64,000 bases of DNA, taken from NCBI RefSeq assembly GCF_036321535.1, contig NC_087452.1, positions 41,974,001-42,038,000 on the forward strand, read 5' to 3'. A program made the position numbers and the translations under genes. Within the stretch, counting starts at the first letter, position 1; each line of letters opens with the position of its first letter. Source of the DNA: Camelus dromedarius. Taxonomy: Eukaryota. Shown here one piece after another: positions 11,061 to 23,700 of the stretch. The notes beneath the pieces were generated by a model, which was given only the letters and a program-made list of their open reading frames with translations, ran no database searches and was not told the origin of the DNA.

Positions 11061-13686
11061 GGGAAAGAAACCCTTCCCAATCAAATTAAAGGGTAGGTGA
11101 AGGATCTGACAGGAGAGGAGAGCAGGGTGTGTGAGAGAGGGGAAATGTGTGGACATTCTGGATGGAAGAGACAGAAAAGCACGGGGCACGTCCCATCTCT
11201 CGGAGGGATGGGAAAAGGACTCATCATGTGATTCTGGTCAAGAACTTTTTACACAGTGGATGAAAAGTAAGGGTGTGATATCACTTACTTTAGGGGTGTC
11301 ACAAATTTAGGGGACATTGACTTGCATTTTAGGGCTGCGTGATAGGGAGGGCAGAGCCCCTTCCAAACAAAATGCCAGCCCCTTGTCCCAGGAACTTGCA
11401 TCTCTGAGGTCCATCTTTCTCCCCAGGTCCCCCTGCCTTCCCTCTGGGATGGATAACACTGGGACTTAGAGCCTCCAATTCAAGGACTACCATAATCTGA
11501 AGTTTCAAAGAGAACCTCAAAGAAACAAACAAACAAAAATCTTCTAGAGTTGTAAAACACATCATAAAAGAGTGGTCTGGCTAACCACATAAAATGGTAT
11601 TTATGTCTTCAACATCATGCCACTGAAAAGTCCAGTAAAGGTCTTTTATTGGACTAGGGAAGTGTCTCCGGGAACTTTAAATGCAGCACAATTTGTACCA
11701 AGGGCAAGCTTGTCCACAGTGATTCAGAAGTGCCACTGGGCCATCTGGGGCCCCAAGGACAAACTTGTTTAAAATGAGTCACACGGTTCCACTGAATTAT
11801 CTAGAGTCTGTGAACCAGCATTCCTGACGTAACTAGAGCCAGTGAGGATGAACAAGTTTTTGTTTGTTTTGTTAAGTCTTAATTGGTTGGCCCCTTTTCC
11901 ACTAAATGTCAGCCTTTTTGCATTTTTGCATTGATATCCCATATAACCACTAAAAAAATAAAGGACAGAAAAGAAAAAGAAAAAATTAGTTGACACTTTG
12001 TGGTGTTCACCTTCAAAGATGTAATTATCCCAACCCCTTTTCTGTTAATAGAAACCGCCGAATTTTATGTTCTTGAAATAGGACTTGTGCTGCATTTATT
12101 ATTTCTTTGATCTTAACTTTTCCAGTGGATAAATTAATAACACTTTTTATATTGGAAAGGGAAACAGAAATGGCTGAGGCTTTTATGATAAGTCACTACC
12201 CTCCCCAATCAAGGCAAATTTGACCATAATCTTTAAAAGCATATTCTGGAAACACAGCCATAAAAAGCCCACAGATACTCCCACACACACTCAAACCACG
12301 TGTTTATAAGCAGATCAGCTCACACCCAGGGTGTGAGCAAAGATGTGCGGAGGAGAAAAAGCCAGGGCTGTAATTCAGATAATTACCTGTAACTGAAAAT
12401 CCCTGCTTGGCTTTCTCATCCTGGCCATCCCAGCAGGAACAAAAATAGCTTTGAGGAAGGATCTCCAATGGTGAAACAGGGCTACCCCCAAATTAAAGAT
12501 GGTTCCTGTTAAACTTCACTTTCTAAAAAAGGACCAGGCATCCTTTCACAGGACCATGTCTGCTGGGGCCCAGGCTGCCCTGACATCACTCCCAGGTCTG
12601 GGCTGCCCCTGGGAAGTGATGCTGTTTCTGCCAGATTCAATGCACCAGACATTTTAACCCCTTTCTTCCCTAGAGAAGTTAAATACTAAATCTAGGGCAT
12701 GCAACAAACTAAGCTGCCCTGCATCGAACATTCATCTGTCATCTTTCAAGTGTCTTTTGCTGTGTAGAATATGGATCACTCCCCTAAATGCTGGTACTTT
12801 TCATTTGAAGGCCAGGACTTGCCCAGACACCAAATTCCAGAACGGGAGAAAATGAGACGCCATTCACAGCCAACATCCATTCTACCATCAAGCTTGGGCA
12901 AACTGTCCATCTTCCTCTCCTCACCTATAGGCTGCAAGGAACAATGCTCCCAAGTTTTTGTCTTTACAATGCCTCCCTATCTGCTCCAGTGTAACCTTCA
13001 GTTTCTCTGCCTACAGGCAAATGAGCTGCCAGACTTCTGACCTCGAGACCAGGAGTTCCCGCGGTTCTGGGGAGCACTGCTGGCTCGACCAGCTACCCAC
13101 TAGCCACTCAGCAAAGGCCTCCTGAAAACACTCGTGTACTTAAGGAAGTGGGCACACACTGAGAGTTCACGTGGCTTTGCTGTGGCGAGGGCACCTGCAC
13201 TGTGATCACCGTCCCCCAGAAATTTCTCACTCAGATCAAGAAGCGGGCCGGTGCCAAGAAACCACTGACTTTCAAGTGTCTAGGCCAGTGGAGACAGGAT
13301 TAAACACCAAGAGCTGGAAATGACAAATGCTCCGCTCAGAACTCGCTGTGTCCCAGGGAGAGGACAAGAGGGACTGGAGCTCGGAGCAGCACAAAGTGCG
13401 GGGGATGGTGAAGGGTACGTGCCTCTCTGCAGACAGCCTTCTCAGCATCACTTTATTAATCTCACCACACGGAGAGTGGTGAAACACCAAGATGGCCAAG
13501 CAATTACCCGTAAACAAAAAAGGCTTCTGAAAACAAGCATGTGTTATAGCATCTCCCAAACACAGGAGACCCAAATCCTGCTGAGGCTCTTGGAGGGCGA
13601 CAGGGAGACTCTGCGAGCTCACAGATTCACATAACCCTTGGGGCTCAGAGGAGAGGTTTCCCATGAGAAGAAACAGCCCTCTGGAA

Positions 13687-13890
13687 CTGCACTGTCCAAT
13701 ACAGTAGCTGTTAGCCGCAAGTGCCTGCTTAAACTTAAACTCATTGAGAGGCAATGCAATTTAAAATTCAGTTCTTCCGTCCTACCAGCCACGTTTCCAG
13801 GGCTCAGGAGCCACGTGGTACTAGCAGCTGCTGCACTGAACAGGGCACATGGAGAGCATTCCCACCACTGCAGCGCCCTTCCAACAAACA
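13687..13890 (-). mobile_element. MER3-like hAT-Charlie MITE
   Basis: 'ctgcactgtccaatacagtagc...aaaattcagttcttcc...ccagccacgtttccagggctcaggagccacgtggtactagcagc'. Confidence 0.8.
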
Positions 13891-14666
13891 TTTTTAAATT
13901 GGTCTCTCTGGGAACCCGGAGACCCTCTGGGATGACAGAGCAGCAGATCTCAGCATCTGCTCGGAGCACTAACAGAACATTGCCCTTGAAACAGGATACT
14001 TCCTTGTAACATAAGGATTCCAAATGGCTCCAACGCGTGATGAAAGATAGGCCAGCTTTGTTCAAGCCAAAATCAGTGTTCTGTGACCTTGCCCTAAGAA
14101 CACTGAGGAACTTGAGGGATGAGAACACAGCAAGCAGCCCACTGGGCTAGGGGACCGAGACGGACTAGCAGCACTAACTGGGCACTCAAGGCTGAGGTCG
14201 GCTGTCTGCAGAGAGCGACTGCGGGAGGCTGAACCGTCCGCTGTCAGGCACTCCTCGCATTCACAGCCGCACGCCACACCTACACACTTTATCACACTCG
14301 TGTGTCACCCACAAGTGGTGACCAGAGACATAAAGCTAAATAAAAAGGGGAAAAAAAGGGCCCAGTCATTTCAAGTTATTACCCCAGCCAATGACTACAC
14401 AGGAATGACCGCACCATGGGATTTTTAACTAGCCGCCCTCCCTTAGAGATACGTGGACGGCAGTAATGAAACAAAAGCATCTTTTTAGCCTCAAGCTGTA
14501 ATAAAACGTTGCCCATGTAGGGGTTGCTGAGTGATTTTTCCAACACGGCAGGAAGCCCCCTCCTTTCAATATGAATCATATTAGGGCTCAGATGAGCATC
14601 TGGTCCAGGTTTATAGAGGACTCTGTGAATACTTACGCCTTCCAGAAACCACATGAGCAAATACTT

Positions 14667-14800
14667 GCCCCTGTTTTATTAGGGGTGAACAGCGGAATGC
14701 CAGAGAGGTTAGGAGTCCTGCCCAAAGTTGCCCAGTAATGAAGTGGCAGGGGCTGAATTAGGATTCACTAGCGTCTGCTGGGAAGCACAGGGCCCTCCTG
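14667..14800 (-). mobile_element. MIR SINE
   Basis: 'ccagagaggttaggagtcctgcccaaagttgcccagtaatgaagtggcaggggctgaattaggattc'. Confidence 0.7.
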
Positions 14801-15199
14801 CTACAGACACCTCACCTTGGCTCCCTGCTCCCTCTCCTGACCAGGAGAAGAAGAGCCAGGCTCATCTTCCTGAAAAGGAAAACCACATACCCCCTGCAGA
14901 AAGCCCTTCCACTCCTCCCTGCTGCTCACCTAATTAAATCCACTCCCTGAGCAGGGACACCCCCCCTCCCCAGGCCCCCTAGGAACTGGTTCTGCAGGCT
15001 TTTCCACTATCACCTCCTCCTGCGCCCCCCTCGCCCACCACACTCCAGCCATGCCAGCCACGCCAGCCTCCCTGCCGCCACCCTGCGCTATGGCCACCAC
15101 ATCTGCTAGGCCCTCTGCCTCCACTGCTCTTCCCCTAACACCCAGCGTGACTGACCCCTTCCCAAACACTGCACCCCGGGCGTGTCTGTCACGGCCTCT

Positions 15200-15350
15200 G
15201 CCACAGTCGATTTCTACTTAGTTAATTATTATGTGTTTGCTTGCTAGCATTAGAGGGTGAGCCTGGCAGAGGGTAACCGCATCTATTTCATCGGCCGCTC
15301 AATCCCCAGCCCATAGAGAGGCTCAGTAAATAGGCAGAAATGAATGAGCC
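15200..15350 (+). mobile_element. L2 3' end
   Basis: 'ttagagggtgagcctggcagagggtaacc...ggctcagtaaataggcagaaatgaatgag'. Confidence 0.55.
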
Positions 15351-18169
15351 AGGTAGATGACTGAAGGCCTTTCTCAGGCCTTGCCCGAGGGCCTTAGCAC
15401 TTTCACGGATGGGAGGAGACCTTTCTGAACGTCCAAGACCCTCTGCGTGATTTCCCTCAACCTTCTGAAACAAACTCCTTTCAGGGTTTTAAAGGGGTGG
15501 GGTGAGGATGACTGAGTTCCACCAAGGACGCCAGCCAAAAACTACATCTCTCAGGTTTCCGTTCCACAGGGGGTGAAGAAAAGAGAGGGGACATTGAGGA
15601 AAAGTGAATCATCATTAAAGGCTGAGCAGAATTAGAGCCACACGTGATTTCCACATGGTTCCCGAAAGCCACACAAAGCCCTCAGTGTGGGAACCCTCTG
15701 GCTAAACATTTGCTTCTGTAAGCAAGGTTTTCCTCAACGTTCAGCCCGTGTTTCTGATTTTCACAAGGGATCTGATTACCCTCCAGGCATACATGATAGG
15801 GAAATTCGACAGATTTCCATGAACTGCTTTTAAAACACGCCAAAAGGTAAGGCTTCACTTCCAATGGATCTGCTTCTAGAATTCACCTGACAGCTGGAAT
15901 GTTCTGTCTCTTTAAGGGTTTCACACAAAGTGTTATGAGGTGAAAAACTAGGAAAGAGTGCCTGATTAGCGGGAACTTCAACTCCTCACTGTTTAGTTAG
16001 CCTCCCTGTCAGTTTCTCCGTAGTCCTTCTCCATTTAAATCTCAGATACTTTTGTGACTCCAGATGTCTCAGAAAATAAATACAGCTTATCCATATGTCT
16101 CTGCTGATGGGCTGAAAAGGGGTGTGATCTGGGACAGGAGGGCCGGGGAAGAACCCTGAAAATTTCTGAAAACTGAGTCAGTTTCCTTTCTGATGGAAAT
16201 ATTTGCCCATCTTTGCCTGTTTCCTGGCTGAATAGGTAGCCTGCAGGAGACCTAAGGAAACCCAGTTGGGACGTGACTCCGACACACTTTGTATCTGACA
16301 CATACTTGATTCTTTCATCCAGCACTGGGCTCCCTCACTGTCCTTCCCCATCCCAACAAAATAAAATACAACACTTCATTAAATAAAGGAAATTTATTTT
16401 AGTCCCTAGAATTTGCTGCCTGAATTTAACTCTATAGTATATGTGCCTCTGTTACTGCAATACAATGTTCAAGGACCTCGCTGTATTACTCAGTTTTGTA
16501 TCTCCTGTTCCTGAAACAGTATAGGTTCATAATTAATGTTGATTAAATATATTAATGGGATAAAAGGACAAATGTATGTTTGGTTTTAGAACAATCCATT
16601 AGGGCTATTTTTCCACTTTTAGAAAAAGAGAGCCATCAATTTTGACTTTAGGATTCTGATTAAACGGAGTTCTGATATATGAGACTTTTGTTAAAGCCCG
16701 TGTTGATGGAGTTCAAGCCTGGTTAATATCAGAGATAAACCCTAATATTGCTGATGCTGACGGTTAGCAGAATCCATGATGTCTGGAAATTATCAATATT
16801 CTATCTGGAATCCTTAGAAGAATTCCTTAATGTCAATAGCTTCTGCAGATCATATGAAGCTACCTCAGGAATATGCTGCTTCTGGGGAAATACCAACAGT
16901 CAACTCATGTCAATGAAGTGTTTAAAAAAGTGAATTCTGACGCTGACATCTCATCTCCACTTTCCCTTACTGCATTGTGAGAGCAGCACCTAAGTGGGTG
17001 ACATAGGACCCTCTGCTCTCCCACCACTCATTGTCTGCATTCTTCTTGGCCTCTGTGTCCTTGCAGGCTGAGGGAGCTTTCTTGTCCAGGGAGCTCTTCC
17101 GCTTCCGTTCACATTGCACCTTCCCTTCCCCATCCTCCCCCGACTCCAACCGCCCTGGACCAGTTAAGGTCTGATTAAGAGCCATTCTACTCAACAAAAA
17201 TGCCACAGAGGAGAAAAGGAAGCCTTCAAAGGAAGGTGAAGCCAAGCCAGAAAGAGAGGAACCACGATTCCCCTTTGCCCTCCAGTAAGGCTGGGAGGTG
17301 TGCAGGAAGTCTGGAATCTCACAAAGTTACTGGTGGGTCTTACAAGGGCTAGTGATGGGGAAGAGAAGGATCCCTGGGCCCCACCTTGGGTCCAGGGGGA
17401 GGTCACACTCGAGGTCACCTTTCCACAGTCCTGTGACTAGCGTCCACGGACAACTTCAACTTTTTTATGCCATTCATTGAATTAGCGTTTGTGTTGTGCT
17501 ATACATCCTACTCTTTTCATCCAATAATTGCAGGTTAAGGGAAAAGAGGATGGGGCGGGCTACACAGCCTCCTTTTCCTACTGATATTCCCCAGCAGCAC
17601 GGGAGTATGCATCTGGGTGATGCACTAGGGGTAGGGAGTTTCTGTCACTGCCCGTGGAACTCCTAGGAAGGGTGCACGGTCAGTGGGAGGAAGCCGTAGG
17701 CAGAAAAGGAGGAGTGTTTCTGTCCATGGAGCTCCTCAAGGGGGTCAGACTGGCCCACAGACTATCCTAAGGCAGGCTCCGAGGAGTGGCGGATCACAGA
17801 GAGTCCTAAAGGTTAGGGGAGTGTCATTGAAGGCCTCAGTCCTGTCTGTGGACTCTCAACCCCACAGATCCCAACTGTGTACTGGCTCAGGGTCCCTATG
17901 TCCAGCCAGCCTGGCTGCTCCCTCCACTGACCGCACAGCGCCGAGTCCATTCCTGCTCTGGGTCTGTCTGGAAGAATGCAAAGGCGCAGAGAATGCTTGG
18001 GACACAGGAAAGAATCCACTTTGACCTGAGCAAGCACAGGAAGGCAGCATAAACTGAGACCATACTGTGAACGGCCCTGAGCATCCAGCTCGAGAATCTA
18101 TAACTTCAGACGCAATGGCAGTACTCATCACTCTCCGGGCAATTAATGGAAGTGCAGTCCTTTAATGCA

Positions 18170-18258
18170 GGGGCCTTAACGCCGTATCCTCTTGTCTCTC
18201 TGGTTCCCAGCAGAGTCTAGTATATAACAAGTGCTTAATTTTAATGACTGAATAAATG
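18170..18258 (+). mobile_element. L2 3' end
   Basis: 'tcccagcagagtctagtatataacaagtgcttaattttaatgactgaataaatga'. Confidence 0.5.
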
Positions 18259-18379
18259 ATCAGAATTACTATATTTATAAAGTTAGGATGTTAAGATGTT
18301 TGAGGAAGGCCAAGTAAAGAGAACAAACAAAATGCTCTTCTCTCTTATTTATCTGAAAGCCTCATTTCATAGAGTCTCT

Positions 18380-18510
18380 TTTTACTGAGCATTTACTATA
18401 TATTAGGCATACATGTGTCAGCTAATCCTCAAAAAGATCTTTTGAGATAGATATTATTTGTGTTTCCATCCCATGGATGAGGGTTGCAGGGGGAAAGCGG
18501 AGAATCCTGG
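18380..18510 (-). mobile_element. MIR SINE
   Basis: 'tttactgagcatttactatatattaggcat...taatcctcaaaaag...agatagatattatt...ggatgagg'. Confidence 0.6.
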
Positions 18511-18574
18511 ATTGACAGTCCCATGTGACTCCAGAGCCCACATGCTCTGCCTACAGCATAAAGACATAGTTTTC

Positions 18575-19063
18575 TACCCCTTCCCATGGGTGTGTCCTGA
18601 AAATATGGCATGGTGGCTCCTGTCATCAAGAGTTAAGAGTCTATTTTCCCATCCTTTGAATTTACTGTGGCCAATAGAATGCATCAGAAATTACATGCAC
18701 AGAATGCATCAGAAATGACATTGTTCAACTTCTTGAAAGGCCTTTCTCACTTCCACTCTCGCTCTTAGAACCCTTCCCGGAAGAGTAAAAAGCCTAGGCT
18801 ACCCTGTTGAAGGATGAGAGACTGTAGCCCAGTCACCCTTGTTATCCCAGCCAAGTACATGACATTTGAGTGAGCCAGCCCCCAGCCAGCCTGTAAGCCA
18901 AACTCTAACACATGAGTGAGCCTAGTCAAGATCAGCCAAGCCTGGCCCAGATCAGCAGAATGGCCCAGCTGACCCAGAGATTCATGGATGGTCATAAAAG
19001 GCTGTTGTTTTAGGCTATTAAATTTGGGGGAGTTTTGTTACTCAGCAAATACTAACCAATGCA
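18575..19063 (+). mobile_element. MLT1F/G-like MaLR LTR
   Basis: 'catcaagagttaagagtctattttcccatcctttgaat...tgtggccaatagaatg...cagaatggcccagctgaccc...ttgttactcagcaaatactaacc'. Contains a 16-bp tandem duplication 'agaatgcatcagaaat'. Confidence 0.8.
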
Positions 19064-19619
19064 CTATGCCATGCTCACACACACTTCCGCTGCTCAGAGA
19101 AAGAACTGAATCCATCCTGCAAGAATAAGGTTCTCAGCAGAGCCATTCCTGCTGGCCTATCAGTCTAAACTCAACTCTGCCTGCTCACCATAATTGCTTT
19201 CATTTCATTTCTTTGTTATAATTCTTTACAAAGTCTTCCCAGATGTCTGCATAAGAAATAACAAAGGAAAGGCACCACCCACTGGGCTTAAGCGGTCACT
19301 GGTACAGCCTTCCCCACAAACCCAAGGACTCCATTAAAACATACCCACCAAAAGGTGCCCCAGCCCTCGGTTCTGCTGGAGGGATTCCTGGTGTGAAGGA
19401 CCCTCAGAAATTTCTGGGCTTCCTGCCCTTCAGTTGCTTCTTCATTAGCCCCCCTACTATGACCATGAAAAATAAAGCATTGTGGGCAGAGGGGGCTCAC
19501 ACACTCGGGGCCTGAGAGCAGGCTCCCTGCTTGTGGATGGGGGCAGAGCCCCATGCAGTAGAAGCCCATTCCAGGGCTGGTGCTCCTCTGGCCAGCCAGG
19601 CTCTCTGAGCTCATTCTCT

Positions 19620-19735
19620 GCCCATCTTGTCTGACTCTTCCACCAGATTGTGATTAATCACTGCTGTATCCCCAGCACCTAAAAGAATATCTCGTACATG
19701 ATTGGTGCCCAAGAAATGTTTGTTGAGTGAAATAA
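19620..19735 (+). mobile_element. L2 3' end
   Basis: 'ctgtatcccccagcacctaaaagaatatctcgtacatgattggtgcccaagaaatgtttgttgagtgaaa'. Confidence 0.6.
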
Positions 19736-21679
19736 ATCACTTCCTCCCTACAGAATCTTCCATGGTTCCCACGACTAGCAAAATAAGATCAGAACTCTCT
19801 GGCACCATACCTGAGAGTGCAGAGACTTCCATCCCCCTGTCCACAGGCTCCCCCCTCTTCCCTCACACAGCCTGTGTACGAGCTCACCTCTGTGCCTCTG
19901 CACTTGCTATTCTTCAGCTTAGAATTCCCTTCCCTCCCTTCCAGGTCTTTCCGTCTTGCACGAAGCTGGCCTATGGCGGGGGCTCAGTAAGTGCTGGGTG
20001 ACGGACCAAGTTAATCAATGAAGGAATGGAAGAAAGAAACCAGCCGCAACCAGGAAGCAGCCGTCCAACCTTCCTGCCAGGTTCAACAAGTGGACGGAGC
20101 TGCAGACCACATTGGGGGCCCGGGCACAGACTGCATCCCGCAGGCCAAGAGTCCTGGCTGAAGGACTGTCTCCCAGTGCCACACACAGGGACCAAGGGAA
20201 CGCTCTCAAAAACCAGGTGGCAGGAAGCCAGTCCATAGCTTTCTCCATGCACACATGGCCATCACGCCAACAACCCAAACACCAGGCCAGGAAAGGAATG
20301 GAATGGAGACGCAGACTTAACAAGCTGTTCAAACACGGAGGGAAAAAGCCAAGTGGGGCCAAGGGGATGAGAGTCAAACTACGCTCCAACCAGCATTCCC
20401 AGTGCCACCTCCGATTACTAAAATAAGGAGATTGAGTAGCTGGATTTGTCTTGCAGTGTTTATGCTTTTCTGCCATCCTCTGCATTGTGCTCTCGGGACA
20501 AGGAGAACAAGTTTCTCAACTCAGAGTCCGTTTGCTTTTCAATTTTGGCTGTTTTTTCTCTGCAGTTTTCGGGCTCCTATTTGATCACGTGCCACCAAAA
20601 TTCCCTGACATCGGCCCTCCTTGGCGCTATGGCTTTTTCTAGGCTTTCTTCTTCCCCCAAGCCTGGTCCTTCTGTCTGGCCTGGTGGTGGCAGTGGCCAA
20701 GGAGGGCTGCTGACCTCCTCCGGGGCAGACAGGTCTGTCCCTTTGCACAGCCTGGGGTCCTCTGGGGTCTGCTGCCCCTCCATCACCCAAAACGCAGGTC
20801 CCTGGAGCTCCCAGCGCCGACCAGCCTCCCAGACAACCTGATTACCTTCCTCGTCCAGCCTGGCTTTCTCTCAACCACGGTACTACTGCTGCTCTTTCTG
20901 ATGCCAAAAATCTTACAATTTGAAAAAAAAAACAAAAAATAAAAACAAAGATATTATTGGAGCCCTTTCAATGCCATAGTAGAACACTGGCAAGACTGCC
21001 TAAGGGTCATGTGACTTTCTAGAAGCTAACTTTGATTTACTATTTCCTCCTGAGCAGGGTCCAAATTATTGAAAGTCAGATGCTGATTTGTGGAACACTG
21101 ATAATCCAGGAATGGTCTGTCTCATAGAAAGATACACCCAAAAGTTTCCATTTCATTGGCCTGTAGGACATTAAGCAGATCTAAGTCTAACTCTGCAATC
21201 TTATCCCAGCGAGCTTTCTCCCCTTGACTATACAGACCTTGGGCCCACCTGTTCCTCACCCCCTCTCTGTGTGTTCCAAAGGGCCTCCCCTTCCTAAAAC
21301 CTTGCTAGCCTTCTCCAGGGCACAGCTCGCAGCTCACCTCCTACTGGAGAACTTTCCCCAAAGCCTGTAGGCCCCAGTATGGTCTCCCCTGTGGACTCCC
21401 AGCCACGCCGCCAAGAAGGAACAAGAATCCTTGTGTTTCAGGTCATTCTTCAACTGGTTCACACCTCCTGTATCTCAGTCACTGCCTGGTCTGCAGCTAT
21501 AAGACTACAGCTGCCTTCCTATAGTAATTAACATCAGCAGGTATTCAACAAACACCGTGAGCCATCATTTGAGTTCAAGGAGAAGGCTAACACACAATCA
21601 AATGACAAGTGAAGCAACAACCCTGGCAGGGAGAGGAGAAGCCTGGAACTGAAGAAAGATCAGGGCCTCAGGCAAACTA

Positions 21680-21780
21680 GGGTTTGAATCCTGAACCCCA
21701 GATCAACTTACCAGACTCACTCTCAGGCTCAGTTTCCTCATCTGTAAAATGGGTATAAAATCCCCAACCCTCAGGATTTA
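21680..21780 (+). mobile_element. MIR SINE
   Basis: 'gggtttgaatcctg...ctcagtttcctcatctgtaaaatgggtataa'. Confidence 0.8.
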
Positions 21781-22064
21781 GTGCTTTGTTGTATCCTGTT
21801 TCGTTTTAGGACTAAAGGCAATTTATGCAAACCACCCAGTGGGACACCTGCGAGCTGTTTTTGATCCCCACCCATTTCTCCAGCAGCTGTGCTACTTTGT
21901 ACAGAATCTAGAAACGATACTAGGGAGGACTGTCCTTACTCCCCAGCTGCCGAGGAGTTAAAAAAGGTAGGAGGTAGATCTCAGAGAAGGACTGGGGGAA
22001 ACTAGGAATCACCACCCTCTGGTCTACACCCGTTCCGCAACTATATTTAATTAAAAAAAATTAA

Positions 22065-22275
22065 CACACACTTTACAGCACCTGTTACGTGCCAGGCAGT
22101 GTTCTAAGCGCTCTATAAATATAAACTCAGTTAGTCTCCATCCTGATCGTGATTGTCATGTCACACGCAGGGAACTGAAGCCCAGACAGTGCAGCGGCTT
22201 GTTGGAGGGAGTAAGCAGTAGAATTTAGATCCAATCCTGGGCTGTCTGGCTCCCAAATCTGTGCCCCTGACCTCT
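22065..22275 (-). mobile_element. MIR SINE
   Basis: 'gcacctgttacgtgccaggcagtgttctaagcgctc...gggaactgaagcccagacag...gtctggctcccaaatctgtgc'. Confidence 0.75.
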
Positions 22276-23224
22276 GTTATGCAGCCTCAGATACTCCACT
22301 TCATGCTTTACTTTGAAGTTAAGAAAAACAGAACAGAACAACCTTCGTTAAGAGTGGTCACCCTGTTCTAAAACGTGCTAAGTGGCCCTCACTGGTGACT
22401 GTCCTCCTGAGACTCCAACAGAAGGAGGAGGGGCAAGAGAGATCATGGAAAGCAACGGGGGACGTCAGCTAGGAGCTCAGGCCACAAACTGCCACCTCCT
22501 TCTGCCAGGTTCCCCCACAGGCAGGGGTGTGAACCTTCTCCTGGAGAAAAGGCGTAACAGCAGGCTGCCAAGTCTGACCTTGTGGACAGGAATGGAGCCA
22601 AGCCCCCATCTCAACCCTCACCTGCAAAGCCTCCCCAAGTCCCTGGCTCCAGGGAGCCACTGCTGACTCAGAGCTCAGACGGCCCTGGCTTGCCAGCAGC
22701 CTTGGTCATACGTGTGACCCAGCCTGGATTGGCCCAGTGGCAAAATGGCCCATGTCTGCAGCCCAGGACTTGGCCCTTTCTTTCTGATGAGGGGAGGAGG
22801 GACAGCCTGCCTGCCTCCGGTCAGATGCCCTTGTAATGCCAGCTCCCCTTCCTTTCAGCATCACACGCCTGGAGCAATGCACTGGGGGCCACGGAGAGCA
22901 GAAGAGGTTGTGCTGGCCCAAGGAAGGCAGGCACTCCTCCTCCGAGTCAGGTGGTTGCCTTCACTGGTCCCCCCTTCTCCAGGCTCACCGAGACAACAAC
23001 TAGACTCCATGAATAGGGCTCCATGCCTGGGGAGGCGTCCTCTCCTGGGTCACTGATGATGCTTTATTTCTCCTGGATTATTCTCAGTATTAGCTTTGTA
23101 CTTGCAAAGGGATTGGGCTGATCCCAGGTGCTGTGGTTCCAGGCCGTAAGTATTGCTACCAAACATTTTTTCTCAGCTGTGTCTCAATAGGATGGACAGA
23201 AGGAACTCAACTTCGGTCACTGCT

Positions 23225-23425
23225 GCTGCTACTCATTCCTGCATTCACCAACCATCAATACAGCATCCACCCCGTGCTGGGCGTGTTCCTGGCAGAAGCC
23301 TTCCTTTTCAACACCCGCCTCTCCTCCCGCAGGCTTCATCTCCTCAGGAGGCACCACCATCTGCCCTGTTCTCCAAACCAGAAACCTAGGGGGACCTTGG
23401 ACCGCTGACTCCCCATCCAAGCCGC
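23225..23425. mobile_element. L2 remnants (short antisense 3' end plus sense ORF2 fragment)
   Basis: 'cattcctgcattcaccaaccatc' and 'ggcaccaccatctgccctgttctccaaaccagaaacctagggg'. Confidence 0.55.
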
Positions 23426-23433
23426 ACAGACAC

Positions 23434-23700
23434 GTACTCACCACATCCGGCTGATGTCACCTCCTCCCTCCTCCCCACCCCTCCTCTCCGTCTGCTCCCA
23501 CTGATATCACGTGCAGTTATCACCGTGGTACCTCCCAACCCAGGACCACCGGCTGTAGCCATGTGACTAACTCACCAGCGGAAGGTGAGCGGCAGGGATG
23601 TGGGGCACCTCTGGGCTGCAGTGTTTAGGAAGTGACTGGACCTTCTCCCCTGGCTCTTTCTCCTCCTGCCCCCTGGAAGCAGAAGACTCTGAGTCCCTAA
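23434..23700 (-). promoter_or_regulatory. Candidate alternative promoter / first-exon region
   Basis: Two minus-strand GTGAGT donors (first intron bases 23441 and 23575) next to ETS, RUNX, CRE-like, E-box and GATA motifs in non-repeat sequence. Motif-only evidence. Confidence 0.25.

Noticed and set aside
16967-17245. Minus-strand ORF with a charged stretch (ERKRKSSLDKKAPSACKDTEAKKNADNE)
   Set aside because: Explained by a pyrimidine-rich plus strand; weak flanking splice sites; no protein recognised.
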